Positions 29,338-37,969 of a DNA stretch of 64,000 nt are shown here, piece by piece. The translations under genes and the position numbers were made by a program. The stretch's first letter is position 1; every line of letters starts with the position of its first letter. The notes beneath the pieces are model-generated. The model saw only the letters and a program-made list of their open reading frames with translations. It was not told the origin of the DNA and made no database searches. The stretch lies in sequence record KJ019142.1. One strand, given 5' to 3'.

Positions 29338-30091
29338 GGGTTATGTTGTTATTGCACTTGGCGATAAGTATGTTCAACTCGCCAAGAACTTTGAAGATAC
29401 ACTAAGACAAAACGGTGACAATCGTCCTGTTCATGTTGTCACTGAAGACATGATTGATAAGGATAATGATAAGTATAGGGACTGTGATGTTCCCAACGAA
29501 AGGTATAACTGCTACCCCAAACTTCACTTCAATGAGTATGCGATATTTGATCATAGTATCCTAATCGATGCCGATGTTCTGTGCGTAGGTGATACCCAAC
29601 ACGTTTGGGATATGTGTAAAGAACAGGAACAGTTTATTCTTCACCGTGGGTGGGGACAAGTTACTAAATGGAATAGAGAACTACAGAAGAAAGTGTGGGA
29701 CGTTCATGGGTTCGTACCTCCTCGCATTCACGGAGCTTTCTGTTATCTAAGGAAGGCAGATATCAATGAAGACTTCTTTGAATTTATCCAAAATAATGTG
29801 TGGTTTCAGTATACTGAATGGTGTACGGAAGATGTCAAAGCAAGACATCACAGGTTAAGTAGATCAGACCAGGTGATATATGCTATTGGTTATGGTAAGT
29901 TTGATCTCATGCCCTGTCAGTTAATGGAAGTCCCTATTATGACTCATATATTGACAGCGGCACACGTTAATCCTCCATACGATAGAATCACTTTTAAGGA
30001 TCAAATTGGACCCGATTTACAACATCCAGTGGCATTTGCCCATATCGAACAACTATTTCAGGAGAGCACCCCAGAAAGTTTTCTAAGGTGA
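29330..30091 (+). CDS. GT-A glycosyltransferase-like protein (GT8-like)
   Basis: YPKLHF, ILIDADVL (DxD), DQVIY. Confidence 0.7.
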   Translation: MTEGYVVIALGDKYVQLAKNFEDTLRQNGDNRPVHVVTEDMIDKDNDKYRDCDVPNERYNCYPKLHFNEYAIFDHSILIDADVLCVGDTQHVWDMCKEQEQFILHRGWGQVTKWNRELQKKVWDVHGFVPPRIHGAFCYLRKADINEDFFEFIQNNVWFQYTEWCTEDVKARHHRLSRSDQVIYAIGYGKFDLMPCQLMEVPIMTHILTAAHVNPPYDRITFKDQIGPDLQHPVAFAHIEQLFQESTPESFLR

Positions 30092-30145
30092 CAGTCCACA
30101 AACTGGCACACAGGGCTTGGCAACCCTCCCAAAAGGTGCTATACT
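30087..30145 (+). promoter_or_regulatory. Cassette 2 (TTGGCA-17-TATACT)
   Basis: GGTGACAGTCCACAAACTGGCACA. Confidence 0.85.
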
Positions 30146-30171
30146 ATCCAAGTAACCAAAGGAAATGATTT

Positions 30172-30393
30172 ATGAAACCAGCAGAAATTCTCTACGAAAT
30201 GCAATCCATTCGTAAAGTCTGGCATAATAATAATTTCGTTATCAGTCCCGAACTAAACCGTCGCTATTGTGAACTTCTTAAACTCCGCCGTGAACGAGTT
30301 TCTCAATTCTATAAAGAGGGAAGGGTCGCTACAGGATCACAGACCCCCGACCTCAAAGCCCGAGAAGCCGCAAGACAAGCCGAGGTTGGTTGA
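30172..30393 (+). CDS. Hypothetical early protein
   Basis: First gene after cassette promoter 2. Confidence 0.65.
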   Translation: MKPAEILYEMQSIRKVWHNNNFVISPELNRRYCELLKLRRERVSQFYKEGRVATGSQTPDLKAREAARQAEVG

Positions 30394-30397
30394 GCCT

Positions 30398-30637
30398 ATG
30401 CAGGAACTTCTAGATACTTTCTATACAACTCCCTATGGTGATTTTGCCATTAGAAAGACTCGTTTCGGTGTTCATACCTCATATGATCGAGAGGGAACCG
30501 ATTTGGTGACAGGTTTAGAGTGGATTGACGTATTCACCACCACACCTTGTCACCTACAATGGGAGAAGGAGGGTTACAAACCCCCCGAAGGTACAGTTCA
30601 AGCAACCTATGATAGTGTAGTCTCTGGAAAACTCTAA
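30398..30637 (+). CDS. Hypothetical protein
   Basis: Start revised to ATG 30398; coupled to the next gene. Confidence 0.55.
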   Translation: MQELLDTFYTTPYGDFAIRKTRFGVHTSYDREGTDLVTGLEWIDVFTTTPCHLQWEKEGYKPPEGTVQATYDSVVSGKL

Positions 30638-30984
30638 TGGAAGACCGAAAATCACAACTATACAGCATCATGTATGATGCTATCAGTGAACTAACTGAGC
30701 ACGAGAGTGCTGAGGATATCTTTGACAATATTGTAGAGTATTTTGCTCTACGTGTTGAAGAAGCTCGTACTGAGGTTGATACTTATACGGATATGTTAAA
30801 CGTATTCCGTAAAGACAACCCAGTGAGAGACGTTCCTGGTGCAGATCCATACAAGAGAACTGAATGGGAACAGGCATTTGGTGATATGGATGATATCAAC
30901 CAAACATATATGCCATCAAACCAACATATTTGGAACGAGTTTCTTAAGAATATAAAATTCACGGACAATCAAGATACTAAATAA
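30637..30984 (+). CDS. Hypothetical protein
   Basis: Acidic 115-aa ORF, TAATG coupling. Confidence 0.6.
   Translation: MEDRKSQLYSIMYDAISELTEHESAEDIFDNIVEYFALRVEEARTEVDTYTDMLNVFRKDNPVRDVPGADPYKRTEWEQAFGDMDDINQTYMPSNQHIWNEFLKNIKFTDNQDTK
30978..30983 (+). promoter_or_regulatory. Late promoter (CP12-like gene)
   Basis: CTAAATA upstream of the AGGAG RBS. Confidence 0.55.
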
Positions 30985-31004
30985 ACACTATCAGGAGAAA
31001 AGAG

Positions 31005-31202
31005 ATGACTACTGACCCAAACGATAAGTACGCTAAGTTCAAAGTACCATTTGGCACTAATGAACATCACGAAGATGATGAATGGGATCCCACAACTGAG
31101 GGTAAAATCTCTGATTGGCACAACCGACATCAAGATAAACTCTTAGATGAGTTTTGTGACACTCACCCAGGCGCACCCCAGTGTAAGGTGTTTGACGATT
31201 AA
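31005..31202 (+). CDS. CP12-like protein (C-terminal CP12 motif)
   Basis: Ends EFCDTHPGAPQCKVFDD = C-x8-C-x2-F-D-D; AGGAG RBS and TAAATA upstream. Confidence 0.6.
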   Translation: MTTDPNDKYAKFKVPFGTNEHHEDDEWDPTTEGKISDWHNRHQDKLLDEFCDTHPGAPQCKVFDD

Positions 31203-31250
31203 CAAAGTGGCACAAGACCACTTGACAGTACCACATTATTAGGTTACAGT
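31191..31250 (+). promoter_or_regulatory. Cassette 3 (TTGACA-17-TACAGT, degenerate left arm)
   Basis: TTTGACGATTAACAAAGTGGCACA. Confidence 0.7.
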
Positions 31251-31272
31251 ACATTTGTTCAAGAGGTTTCTC

Positions 31273-31443
31273 ATGACTACCGTTGTTGATTCAGAGGTTA
31301 TCTTTGCTGACGCTTTCAGTGAAGATGGTATAGACTACGGAACTGGTTATTATGTAACTAAGTTCTATAGCAATGGTATGACCGACCTATTTGGACCATA
31401 CAATTTTGAGGAAGACGCCCTCAATCTTGCCACTGTTTATTGA
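31273..31443 (+). CDS. Hypothetical protein
   Basis: Behind cassette promoter 3; GAGG RBS. Confidence 0.55.
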   Translation: MTTVVDSEVIFADAFSEDGIDYGTGYYVTKFYSNGMTDLFGPYNFEEDALNLATVY

Positions 31444-31459
31444 TTCCTTCCTTTTTATT

Positions 31460-31588
31460 ATGACTTTTGACACCTACGAAGACGAAAGTATCTTCACTAT
31501 TCTCGGTATTGCCGAAGAAGGTGAAGAAGAAACAGAAAACCCCTATTCCACTGAGGATACTAAAACACTAAAAGAATATGGCTATTGA
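31460..31588 (+). CDS. Small acidic hypothetical protein
   Basis: MTFDTYEDESIFTILGIAEEGEEE... Confidence 0.45.
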   Translation: MTFDTYEDESIFTILGIAEEGEEETENPYSTEDTKTLKEYGY

Positions 31589-31618
31589 TTTCTCGTTCAT
31601 TCTAGGTTTAGTTTTCAT

Positions 31619-31948
31619 TTGGTTGGGACTAAATATCCGTATAGTGAGAGAGGTGGAATAGTGGATTTTAGGGTCACAGTAAGAACCTACACCGGGGCAG
31701 TTAGAGTTGTCGAGGTGAGCAACATGCCGGACGAGGAGGCTGCCAGAGCGGAAGCTGTTGGTATGACTTTCGGTAAAGTTCTGCAGGTTGAGTGTTTAGA
31801 TGAGATCCCAGAACAATCCAAACCTAAAAAGAAAAGAGGACCAGTTCAAGAGATTGAACGAGAACTTAGACCAGGTGAAACAGAAACAATCGTAACAGGT
31901 TACAATAGCAACCCGTTGGCAGTGTTTTTCACTTTAGATGTTTTTTAG
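31619..31948 (+). CDS. Hypothetical protein
   Basis: FRVTVRTYTGAVRVVEV; start uncertain. Confidence 0.55.
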   Translation: MVGTKYPYSERGGIVDFRVTVRTYTGAVRVVEVSNMPDEEAARAEAVGMTFGKVLQVECLDEIPEQSKPKKKRGPVQEIERELRPGETETIVTGYNSNPLAVFFTLDVF

Positions 31949-31980
31949 GGGTTGACACACCCCTTTTTTTGTGCTATACT
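31947..31980 (+). promoter_or_regulatory. Box-less sigma70 promoter with terminator hairpin over -35
   Basis: AGGGG-TTGACACA-CCCCTTTTTTT, then TGC-TATACT at 17-bp spacing. Confidence 0.8.
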
Positions 31981-32001
31981 TATACTAATCGCAGGAGATT
32001 A

Positions 32002-32268
32002 ATGGAAGAAAACATGTCGATTTCGACAGAACTTCTAACCAGCATAAACGACGCTATGTATGTTGCTACTAACAACGCAGCTACTTACATGCATGGTGAT
32101 AGAGGTGCTGACGCTATGTGTCTCCTAAACGAGTGGACTACAGAGGATGGTGAATGTTTACTCACACAATATGCAAAGGGTGAAGTATGTGAGCACATGG
32201 GAACTTTCATGTTTATCAACCTAGAAGAAGAAACATGGGGTGAGTTTATTATATCCGATGATGAGTAA
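32002..32268 (+). CDS. Hypothetical protein
   Basis: AGGAG RBS behind the TTGACA/TATACT promoter; start revised. Confidence 0.6.
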   Translation: MEENMSISTELLTSINDAMYVATNNAATYMHGDRGADAMCLLNEWTTEDGECLLTQYAKGEVCEHMGTFMFINLEEETWGEFIISDDE

Positions 32269-32515
32269 ACTATATACTACAGACAATTATTCAGGTACAA
32301 TGAACCTAACTGAACATCAAAAGATTCAACTCTCACAATTTATTCATGAGTCGTTCTCTACATTCTATGAGGAGGAACTAAAGTTTCAAGTAGAAACTCT
32401 AAAAGATGATGATAAGTTGGATTGGACTTATACAATCACACCAAGAGACTCAGGGGAGATTTATGATAAGGTTCAGGAATTATTCACACTGGAAAGGCGT
32501 GTGACAGTAGAATAA
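32258..32515 (+). CDS. Hypothetical protein
   Basis: Ends inside palindromic box 4. Confidence 0.55.
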   Translation: MMSKLYTTDNYSGTMNLTEHQKIQLSQFIHESFSTFYEEELKFQVETLKDDDKLDWTYTITPRDSGEIYDKVQELFTLERRVTVE

Positions 32516-32559
32516 GTGACACAAGGGGGGTTGGCAAACCCCCTTTTTGCTGCCATAAT
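32500..32559 (+). promoter_or_regulatory. Cassette 4 (TTGGCA-17-CATAAT, hairpin)
   Basis: TGTGACAGTAGAATAAGTGACACA. Confidence 0.85.
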
Positions 32560-32581
32560 ATACTCATACACACAAAGACCC

Positions 32582-32710
32582 ATGAACGTCCCCAACTGGC
32601 AGAAGCACTCCAAGAAAGACCAGAAGGGTCGCGGAGTGAGCAAGGGTCAGATGAGAGCCCGCAAACAGGCTCTACGTGCCCTAAAGGCAAAGCTCCTTGT
32701 GACAGTCTAG
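32582..32710 (+). CDS. Small basic early protein
   Basis: MNVPNWQKHSKKDQKGRG...; sole gene between boxes 4 and 5. Confidence 0.6.
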   Translation: MNVPNWQKHSKKDQKGRGVSKGQMRARKQALRALKAKLLVTV

Positions 32711-32757
32711 GAAGTGGCACAAGCCCCCTAGGCAAGACCCTCAAACCCTGCTATACT
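32698..32757 (+). promoter_or_regulatory. Cassette 5 (TAGGCA-17-TATACT)
   Basis: TGTGACAGTCTAGGAAGTGGCACA. Confidence 0.85.
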
Positions 32758-32780
32758 AAACACATACAAAGGAAACCACC

Positions 32781-33194
32781 ATGGCTCGTCACTCTGAAGT
32801 TCTCATCCAAGGCACCGAGGTTCCCGGTCTTCGCATGATCGTAACCGTTCCAGTCGATCACACCTGGGCATCAGAAACCGCCGAGAGCATCTATGGATTT
32901 GGTGGCAACACCCAATATATCTGGCGGAAGTCTTGGGAGACTAACCAACCCGCCCCCCGTGGTGGTGGTTCCTCCTCCTCCTCTGGCATGGGTCCTGGAG
33001 CTATCCTGATGGGGATGATTGGTCTTATCCTGGTTGCTGGTATCGGTTCCGCTTTCGAGGGTAACGACACCCCCTCAGCTCCTTCCTATGACGCTCCCGC
33101 ACCTGTTGAGAGGACATATGTTCCACAGGCACCAGCAGCAACATCCTCCTACGATAACGGTCCTTGCCTCACAGCTAACTTTGAACCTTGTTAA
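32781..33194 (+). CDS. Hypothetical membrane-anchored protein
   Basis: One TM segment (AILMGMIGLILVAGIG), AAGGA RBS after cassette 5. Confidence 0.65.
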   Translation: MARHSEVLIQGTEVPGLRMIVTVPVDHTWASETAESIYGFGGNTQYIWRKSWETNQPAPRGGGSSSSSGMGPGAILMGMIGLILVAGIGSAFEGNDTPSAPSYDAPAPVERTYVPQAPAATSSYDNGPCLTANFEPC

Positions 33195-33195
33195 T

Positions 33196-33369
33196 ATGAA
33201 AGACTTTCGTCCCCCACATCACACCACTACTAAAGAAGAGTGGGAGTTTATTTTCCAAACACAGATACATAACTGCGCCCAACTAAAGAACACAGAACTC
33301 CAACGTTTTGTGTGTGTAGATAGTACGGGCAACAAAACTACCAAATACGTTATAGAATACAATGACTGA
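33196..33369 (+). CDS. Hypothetical protein
   Basis: MKDFRPPHHTTTKEEWEF...; start revised. Confidence 0.5.
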   Translation: MKDFRPPHHTTTKEEWEFIFQTQIHNCAQLKNTELQRFVCVDSTGNKTTKYVIEYND

Positions 33370-33652
33370 AAAAGAAGTAGAGCTACACTTTGGGAGTGAG
33401 TATGAGGCTGGCATTGACTATGGGGATAGTGATGATTCAGACATTTTAGACTACACCAAAGAAGTAAGTGTCACACTAACCCGTTCAGATTGGAATTGGT
33501 TTGTTACACTGATGTCAGACTCCGTTAATAAGATGGAGGCTGCAGTTTCTGCACAAGGTATGGATGCTGAGTCCTTCCTTTCTATTGATGTTCTTCGCAC
33601 TATTCGTAATGAAATCGCAACTCAGAGTGGACTCACTCAATATATTGATTGA
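33362..33652 (+). CDS. Hypothetical protein
   Basis: Operon-coupled ORF. Confidence 0.6.
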   Translation: MTEKEVELHFGSEYEAGIDYGDSDDSDILDYTKEVSVTLTRSDWNWFVTLMSDSVNKMEAAVSAQGMDAESFLSIDVLRTIRNEIATQSGLTQYID

Positions 33653-33653
33653 G

Positions 33654-33926
33654 ATGCCAGTGGTGGCACCTAAAGGGTATCACTATGAGGCAGTAGAACA
33701 CAAACAAAATGTAGTGTCTATTTGGTTATGTGGGGGTCCAACATACCTCTACAAGATGGGAGAAACTGCTAGAACTATCCACTCCTTCTATAATATCAAG
33801 AAGAAAACCTGGTATGCACCTATCAACTGCAAGAAGCCAGGTAAGGAGGTATCAGTGGATAAGATACGACCTTACACATCAATGCAACTGAACTACAACC
33901 CTCTGGAGATGCTACTATATGGCTAA
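33654..33926 (+). CDS. Conserved cyanophage-type hypothetical protein
   Basis: APKGYHYE...APINCKKPGKEV...RPYTSMQLNYNPLE. Confidence 0.65.
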   Translation: MPVVAPKGYHYEAVEHKQNVVSIWLCGGPTYLYKMGETARTIHSFYNIKKKTWYAPINCKKPGKEVSVDKIRPYTSMQLNYNPLEMLLYG

Positions 33927-33961
33927 ATATATGTTATAATATCATAACATATATCACGAAT

Positions 33962-34183
33962 ATGAAGTCCAAAGACCAATACAAGAAAGAGTTTCAATTC
34001 ACACTGAATACATCCGATGATAAGATCGCGGAAGAGAATATTCTTCACGATTTCGCCAGAGAGGTTTCAGTTATTGATGCTTTCCTACAGGGTGGGAAGG
34101 TATCACTAAAGGAGGCAAAACAGCGTATCAAAGATGTATACAAAGTGTGGAAGAACTCACTGAAAAACAACAACCAAATGTAA
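33962..34183 (+). CDS. Hypothetical protein
   Basis: LHDFAREVS...GGKVSLKEA helical protein. Confidence 0.6.
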   Translation: MKSKDQYKKEFQFTLNTSDDKIAEENILHDFAREVSVIDAFLQGGKVSLKEAKQRIKDVYKVWKNSLKNNNQM

Positions 34184-34570
34184 ATGGAACCTTTCCTGCG
34201 AATGGCTGTTGATGTAGCTGAGTCTTCACCTTCTAGAAAGAAGGTTGGAGCTGTTCTAATGAATAAGAACAAAGTTATAGCAACAGCCACAAATCATGAT
34301 TGTAAATCACACCCTCTACAAGCAAAGTGGGCAGATCGTGTGGGACTATCTGAAAAGATCTACCTACACGCTGAGATATCAGCAATGATCAAAGCTCGTG
34401 ATGACTCAGACAAAATCGTTGTAGTTAGACTAGGAGGACATTCTGGTCACGAACTACGACAATCACGTCCTTGTCCTATATGTGAATCATACCTGAAATA
34501 TTCGGGTATTGAACACGTATATTATTCCACTGGGAATAACAAATTTACCTATGAATACTGGGGGAAATGA
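34184..34570 (+). CDS. Zinc-dependent cytidine/dCMP deaminase-fold protein
   Basis: KVGAVL, LHAEISAM, RPCPICE (HxE...PCxxC). Confidence 0.85.
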   Translation: MEPFLRMAVDVAESSPSRKKVGAVLMNKNKVIATATNHDCKSHPLQAKWADRVGLSEKIYLHAEISAMIKARDDSDKIVVVRLGGHSGHELRQSRPCPICESYLKYSGIEHVYYSTGNNKFTYEYWGK

Positions 34571-34767
34571 TGGAAACGTTCACAGCAACTTGTCCCAAAG
34601 ACTACGACAGACATCACTATTCAGTTGTCAACAAAGACGGCACTAATAGGATGTTTAGTAGTTGGGAACTCGCACAGAGTTACTGGTGGCATACTAACAA
34701 ACTTGGTACACTATCACACATCGATGTGATAGACTATAAAGAACAATCAAGAGGTTTTGGAGCATGA
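34567..34767 (+). CDS. Hypothetical protein
   Basis: YDRHHY...WELAQSYWW; ATGA overlaps. Confidence 0.6.
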   Translation: MMETFTATCPKDYDRHHYSVVNKDGTNRMFSSWELAQSYWWHTNKLGTLSHIDVIDYKEQSRGFGA

Positions 34768-34982
34768 ACATGTTGGGTAAACAATCAGAGACTGGGATGA
34801 AAGTAACCTTTCTTGGTTATATCCCAGAACAAGTGAAGTTCGCAGGATCTGACACACCAGACAAACTGAATACCACTACAACATATACCATTGAACAGGT
34901 AAAACGATTCAACTCGTATACCAAGATCAAACTAGTTGGTGATGATCTGTGGTATAATTCAGTTCACTTTAGAGTTACTTAA
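34764..34982 (+). CDS. Hypothetical protein
   Basis: ATGA overlap; operon context. Confidence 0.55.
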   Translation: MNMLGKQSETGMKVTFLGYIPEQVKFAGSDTPDKLNTTTTYTIEQVKRFNSYTKIKLVGDDLWYNSVHFRVT

Positions 34983-35182
34983 TGGATAACATCTATGGGC
35001 GTGAGTATCACAGACATGCTGTTGATTACGCTCTGATGATAGGTGAGTTAGAAGGAACTTACACTCACCTGAAACGAATGTCTTACTTTGAGGATGCTGC
35101 TATCCTTGAAGAAATGAAGAAACGTTACTACAAGATCTACTTCCGTACCTTACGTGAAGAAAGAGAAAAAGCAGAAAACTAA
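34982..35182 (+). CDS. Hypothetical protein
   Basis: TAATG coupling. Confidence 0.55.
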   Translation: MDNIYGREYHRHAVDYALMIGELEGTYTHLKRMSYFEDAAILEEMKKRYYKIYFRTLREEREKAEN

Positions 35183-35200
35183 CCTAATTGAGGATTTTGA

Positions 35201-35509
35201 ATGGTGTTAACTTGGACCGACGAAGAAAAGACAAACCTAACCCGTGCAGAGGTTAGTATTCATGGAGAGAATATCACTCCAGATAAACTAGACAACAAAA
35301 CTCTACCAACAGATATTCACGTAGTTGAATATGAGATGGAAGGTGTAACTTACTACGACGCGGTTCGTGCATACAAGATGGTTAGTATCTTTGATGTTTA
35401 TCACGATAAGCTAAAAGGTGGTGGTAAAGTTGTTAGAATCACCAATGGGTATGGTAGCATTAGACCTAACCTGTGGAACAGCAATAAGAGTGAGAAGGGT
35501 GATGAGTGA
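35201..35509 (+). CDS. Conserved cyanophage-type hypothetical protein
   Basis: GAGG RBS; LPTDIHVVEY...YDAVRAYKMVSIFD...GYGSIRPNLW. Confidence 0.65.
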   Translation: MVLTWTDEEKTNLTRAEVSIHGENITPDKLDNKTLPTDIHVVEYEMEGVTYYDAVRAYKMVSIFDVYHDKLKGGGKVVRITNGYGSIRPNLWNSNKSEKGDE

Positions 35510-35681
35510 GAGGAAGGCAGAGGACTGGATTAGTGAGTGGAAAGGAATGAATGATGAGTTCATTGAAGAAGACACTATGTTCAGACTTGACATTCCTTCC
35601 ACTGAAAAGACACAAGAATGGATGGATAGAGAACCATTAATCTTAAAAGTAGATCACTCGAAGTATTATTTTGATGACTGA
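35502..35681 (+). CDS. Hypothetical protein
   Basis: MSERKAEDWISEW...; start revised. Confidence 0.5.
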   Translation: MSERKAEDWISEWKGMNDEFIEEDTMFRLDIPSTEKTQEWMDREPLILKVDHSKYYFDD

Positions 35682-35877
35682 AGAAGATCTAATGATCAAC
35701 TGGAAACAGAAGATGATGAAACATTGCACCCACGATTGGGAAAAGCAACTATTACGTGAAGGTGCCACATCATCTGTGACAGCAATGGGTATAATGTCAC
35801 TAAAGAAACGATACAAAAAGATTATGGGTATTGATGATGATCCAAAGCCACCTGTAGTTCAGTATGCTTCATATTGA
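35671..35877 (+). CDS. Hypothetical protein
   Basis: Stop lies in box 6. Confidence 0.55.
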   Translation: MMTEEDLMINWKQKMMKHCTHDWEKQLLREGATSSVTAMGIMSLKKRYKKIMGIDDDPKPPVVQYASY

Positions 35878-35931
35878 CACCTGAATAACTGGCACAAGGG
35901 GGGTAGGCACCCCCCTTTTTTGTGCCATAAT
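35873..35931 (+). promoter_or_regulatory. Cassette 6 (TAGGCA-16-CATAAT, hairpin)
   Basis: ATTGACACCTGAATAACTGGCACA. Confidence 0.8.
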
Positions 35932-35957
35932 ACAGAGGTAAACAACGGGAACCACCC

Positions 35958-36335
35958 ATGCAACTACCTACCCCCCTGCTAAACAGAGGTTACACTATAA
36001 ACGGCAATACTGCCAGTAGGGTATATCAGCACGGTTTTAGAGTAGAGTTAGAGGCACTAACTACCCTAAACATGCCCATAGGTTTACTAAACTATATTAT
36101 AAACGAAAACGATATAGAGTGCCCCTGGGCACCAGCAGATGTAGAGCAGTTTGATACTATCTGGCACTATACTGTTACAGATATTAGAGGTGAGATACTA
36201 GATAATACATATGGTTTTACAACCTATTATATGTTTGACTCTATTAGAGAGATACATAACGCACTAACAGATATTACAGTAGATAATGCGTTAGATATTA
36301 TGAATGGCACATCTGAACTATATGCCACCTGCTAA
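35958..36335 (+). CDS. Hypothetical early protein
   Basis: Sole gene between boxes 6 and 7. Confidence 0.65.
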   Translation: MQLPTPLLNRGYTINGNTASRVYQHGFRVELEALTTLNMPIGLLNYIINENDIECPWAPADVEQFDTIWHYTVTDIRGEILDNTYGFTTYYMFDSIREIHNALTDITVDNALDIMNGTSELYATC

Positions 36336-36380
36336 ACTGGCACAGGGGGGCTAGGCACAGCCCCCTACACCTGCTATACT
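36321..36380 (+). promoter_or_regulatory. Cassette 7 (TAGGCA-17-TATACT)
   Basis: TATGCCACCTGCTAAACTGGCACA. Confidence 0.8.
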
Positions 36381-36402
36381 AAACACATACCAAACCAATA
36401 CT

Positions 36403-36579
36403 ATGTTTGAATTGATGTTATTGGCGGGGGTGGCATTCACACCTCTCCAAGGATCAGAAACTATCAATCAATTTTGTTCTGAAGTTGTTGGTATCCCATA
36501 CGCCAGTGATAACTTCACTGATGAAGAATGGGAACGTTTTACTTATTGTCGCGAATCTATCAAGGTACCTCAAAAATGA
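36403..36579 (+). CDS. Small exported/membrane hypothetical protein (absent from track)
   Basis: My translation MFELMLLAGVAFTPLQGSETINQFCSEVVGIPYASDNFTDEEWERF... Confidence 0.6.
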   Translation: MFELMLLAGVAFTPLQGSETINQFCSEVVGIPYASDNFTDEEWERFTYCRESIKVPQK

Positions 36580-36860
36580 AATCAGTTATGTCTGGCGTTT
36601 ATGGTGCTCTAATTGGCACCGCTTCTGCTATTGTTGTATTTGCTGGGTTGGAGTTCTTCTTCCCTACTCAAGATACATACACAGTTGATCTCAACAAAAG
36701 AGAAACTACTTCCCTAAAGATGTCTGTTATTCGCACACCCTGTGGATATGATTATTGTTTCATTCCTGCTATCAAGGAAGGAGAAGCAATTGAGATTGAA
36801 ACACATAACCCAAACCCTGAGCCCGGTTTCCTTCGCCCTGTAGAATCTACTGATTACTGA
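36576..36860 (+). CDS. Hypothetical membrane-anchored protein
   Basis: N-terminal TM helix; ATGA overlap; start revised. Confidence 0.55.
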   Translation: MKSVMSGVYGALIGTASAIVVFAGLEFFFPTQDTYTVDLNKRETTSLKMSVIRTPCGYDYCFIPAIKEGEAIEIETHNPNPEPGFLRPVESTDY

Positions 36861-36861
36861 T

Positions 36862-37071
36862 ATGGATTATCAACCCCCAACTCTCTGTATTCGGAGTATT
36901 GAACCAGCTGCAACTCCCGGTAGGTTCTTGTTAGATATGCCTTCACTTTGGAGAGAACCAGGAGCATTAGAGGTGGATCAATATACCATCGATTATGTTA
37001 CTGGTGGGAAATATGAGGTTCCTAAATGTCCCCCAGGTTATCCAAATCCACCAACCCCCGATACACAATGA
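36862..37071 (+). CDS. Hypothetical protein
   Basis: MDYQPPTLCIRSIEPA... operon-coupled. Confidence 0.55.
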   Translation: MDYQPPTLCIRSIEPAATPGRFLLDMPSLWREPGALEVDQYTIDYVTGGKYEVPKCPPGYPNPPTPDTQ

Positions 37072-37138
37072 CACCCGAAGAATTTGAAGAGAACGCAAGA
37101 ATTATCACGGGTGACCCAACATGGTCCCTAGATGATGA

Positions 37139-37197
37139 TGTGACAGATGGGGAAGTGGCACACGCTTCCCCGCAAACCCCCTGAAACCTGTTATCTT
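37139..37197 (+). promoter_or_regulatory. Cassette 8 (CCCGCA-17-TATCTT)
   Basis: TGTGACAGATGGGGAAGTGGCACA. Confidence 0.8.
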
Positions 37198-37257
37198 ATA
37201 GGAGTGGGAGAGATACACCCCCCACACCAAACAAACCCCCTACAACCCCTTCTAAGT

Positions 37258-37608
37258 ATGAATCTCAAGGCACTGGCACTCACTTCCGTTCTCGCCGTTG
37301 GTGGCATCTTTGGATCAGTTGCACCAGCATCAGCTGGCACCTGTTGGTTTGAAAACTACAGTGGTAGTTTGTCTCCAACATATTGTTCCACATATGTTAG
37401 GACTAACGCTAACGGACACAGGGTTGTGGATGTTGTTGACTATGAAGGAACCGCAATGACGTTGGTATTCTGGACTGATAGTTCAGTTGAGATTCTCTAC
37501 ACTAACGGGCAATACAATGGTAACCGAGTTGTGGCAACTTGGTACTTCGATGATGATGGTGACCGTCGCATCTACGTTGGTGACTTTGAAATGAGTCTCC
37601 GAGTTTGA
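37258..37608 (+). CDS. Hypothetical exported protein (signal peptide)
   Basis: MNLKALALTSVLAVGGIFGSVAPASA-GTCWF; start revised to 37258; terminator follows. Confidence 0.7.
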   Translation: MNLKALALTSVLAVGGIFGSVAPASAGTCWFENYSGSLSPTYCSTYVRTNANGHRVVDVVDYEGTAMTLVFWTDSSVEILYTNGQYNGNRVVATWYFDDDGDRRIYVGDFEMSLRV

Positions 37609-37615
37609 TAACACT

Positions 37616-37640
37616 GGAGGGTTTAATACCCTCCTTTTTT
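37616..37640 (+). terminator. Rho-independent terminator
   Basis: GGAGGGT-TTAAT-ACCCTCC-TTTTTT. Confidence 0.8.
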
Positions 37641-37648
37641 ATGCCATG

Positions 37649-37677
37649 TTGCCATTGTAGTTGATATCTGTTATAAT
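37649..37677 (+). promoter_or_regulatory. Box-less sigma70 promoter
   Basis: TTGCCA-17-TATAAT with TGn extension. Confidence 0.7.
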
Positions 37678-37702
37678 ACCTTTGTCAGGATGAATTGGGA
37701 TT

Positions 37703-37969
37703 ATGAAACGCAAAGCAACCAGGAACTTCGACCTTAGAATAAGGTTAGACGGCAACAAGTGGAAGGTAGTTCAGTTAGAAGAAGGTAAGATTATTACCCC
37801 AGCTAAGTTGAAAGAACTGAACGATAGACAGATAAGAGATTATACAGAAGAAGTTAAAGAGGTTGACTTAAGTTTTCTATCACCAGAAGATAAGCGTTAC
37901 TACCGTAAACATAAGTCTAATCCAGATATGGATTGGGCTCTAGATATTCTCTCCTACCCCCCCAACTAA
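37703..37969 (+). CDS. Hypothetical basic protein
   Basis: Own TTGCCA-17-TATAAT promoter upstream. Confidence 0.6.
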   Translation: MKRKATRNFDLRIRLDGNKWKVVQLEEGKIITPAKLKELNDRQIRDYTEEVKEVDLSFLSPEDKRYYRKHKSNPDMDWALDILSYPPN

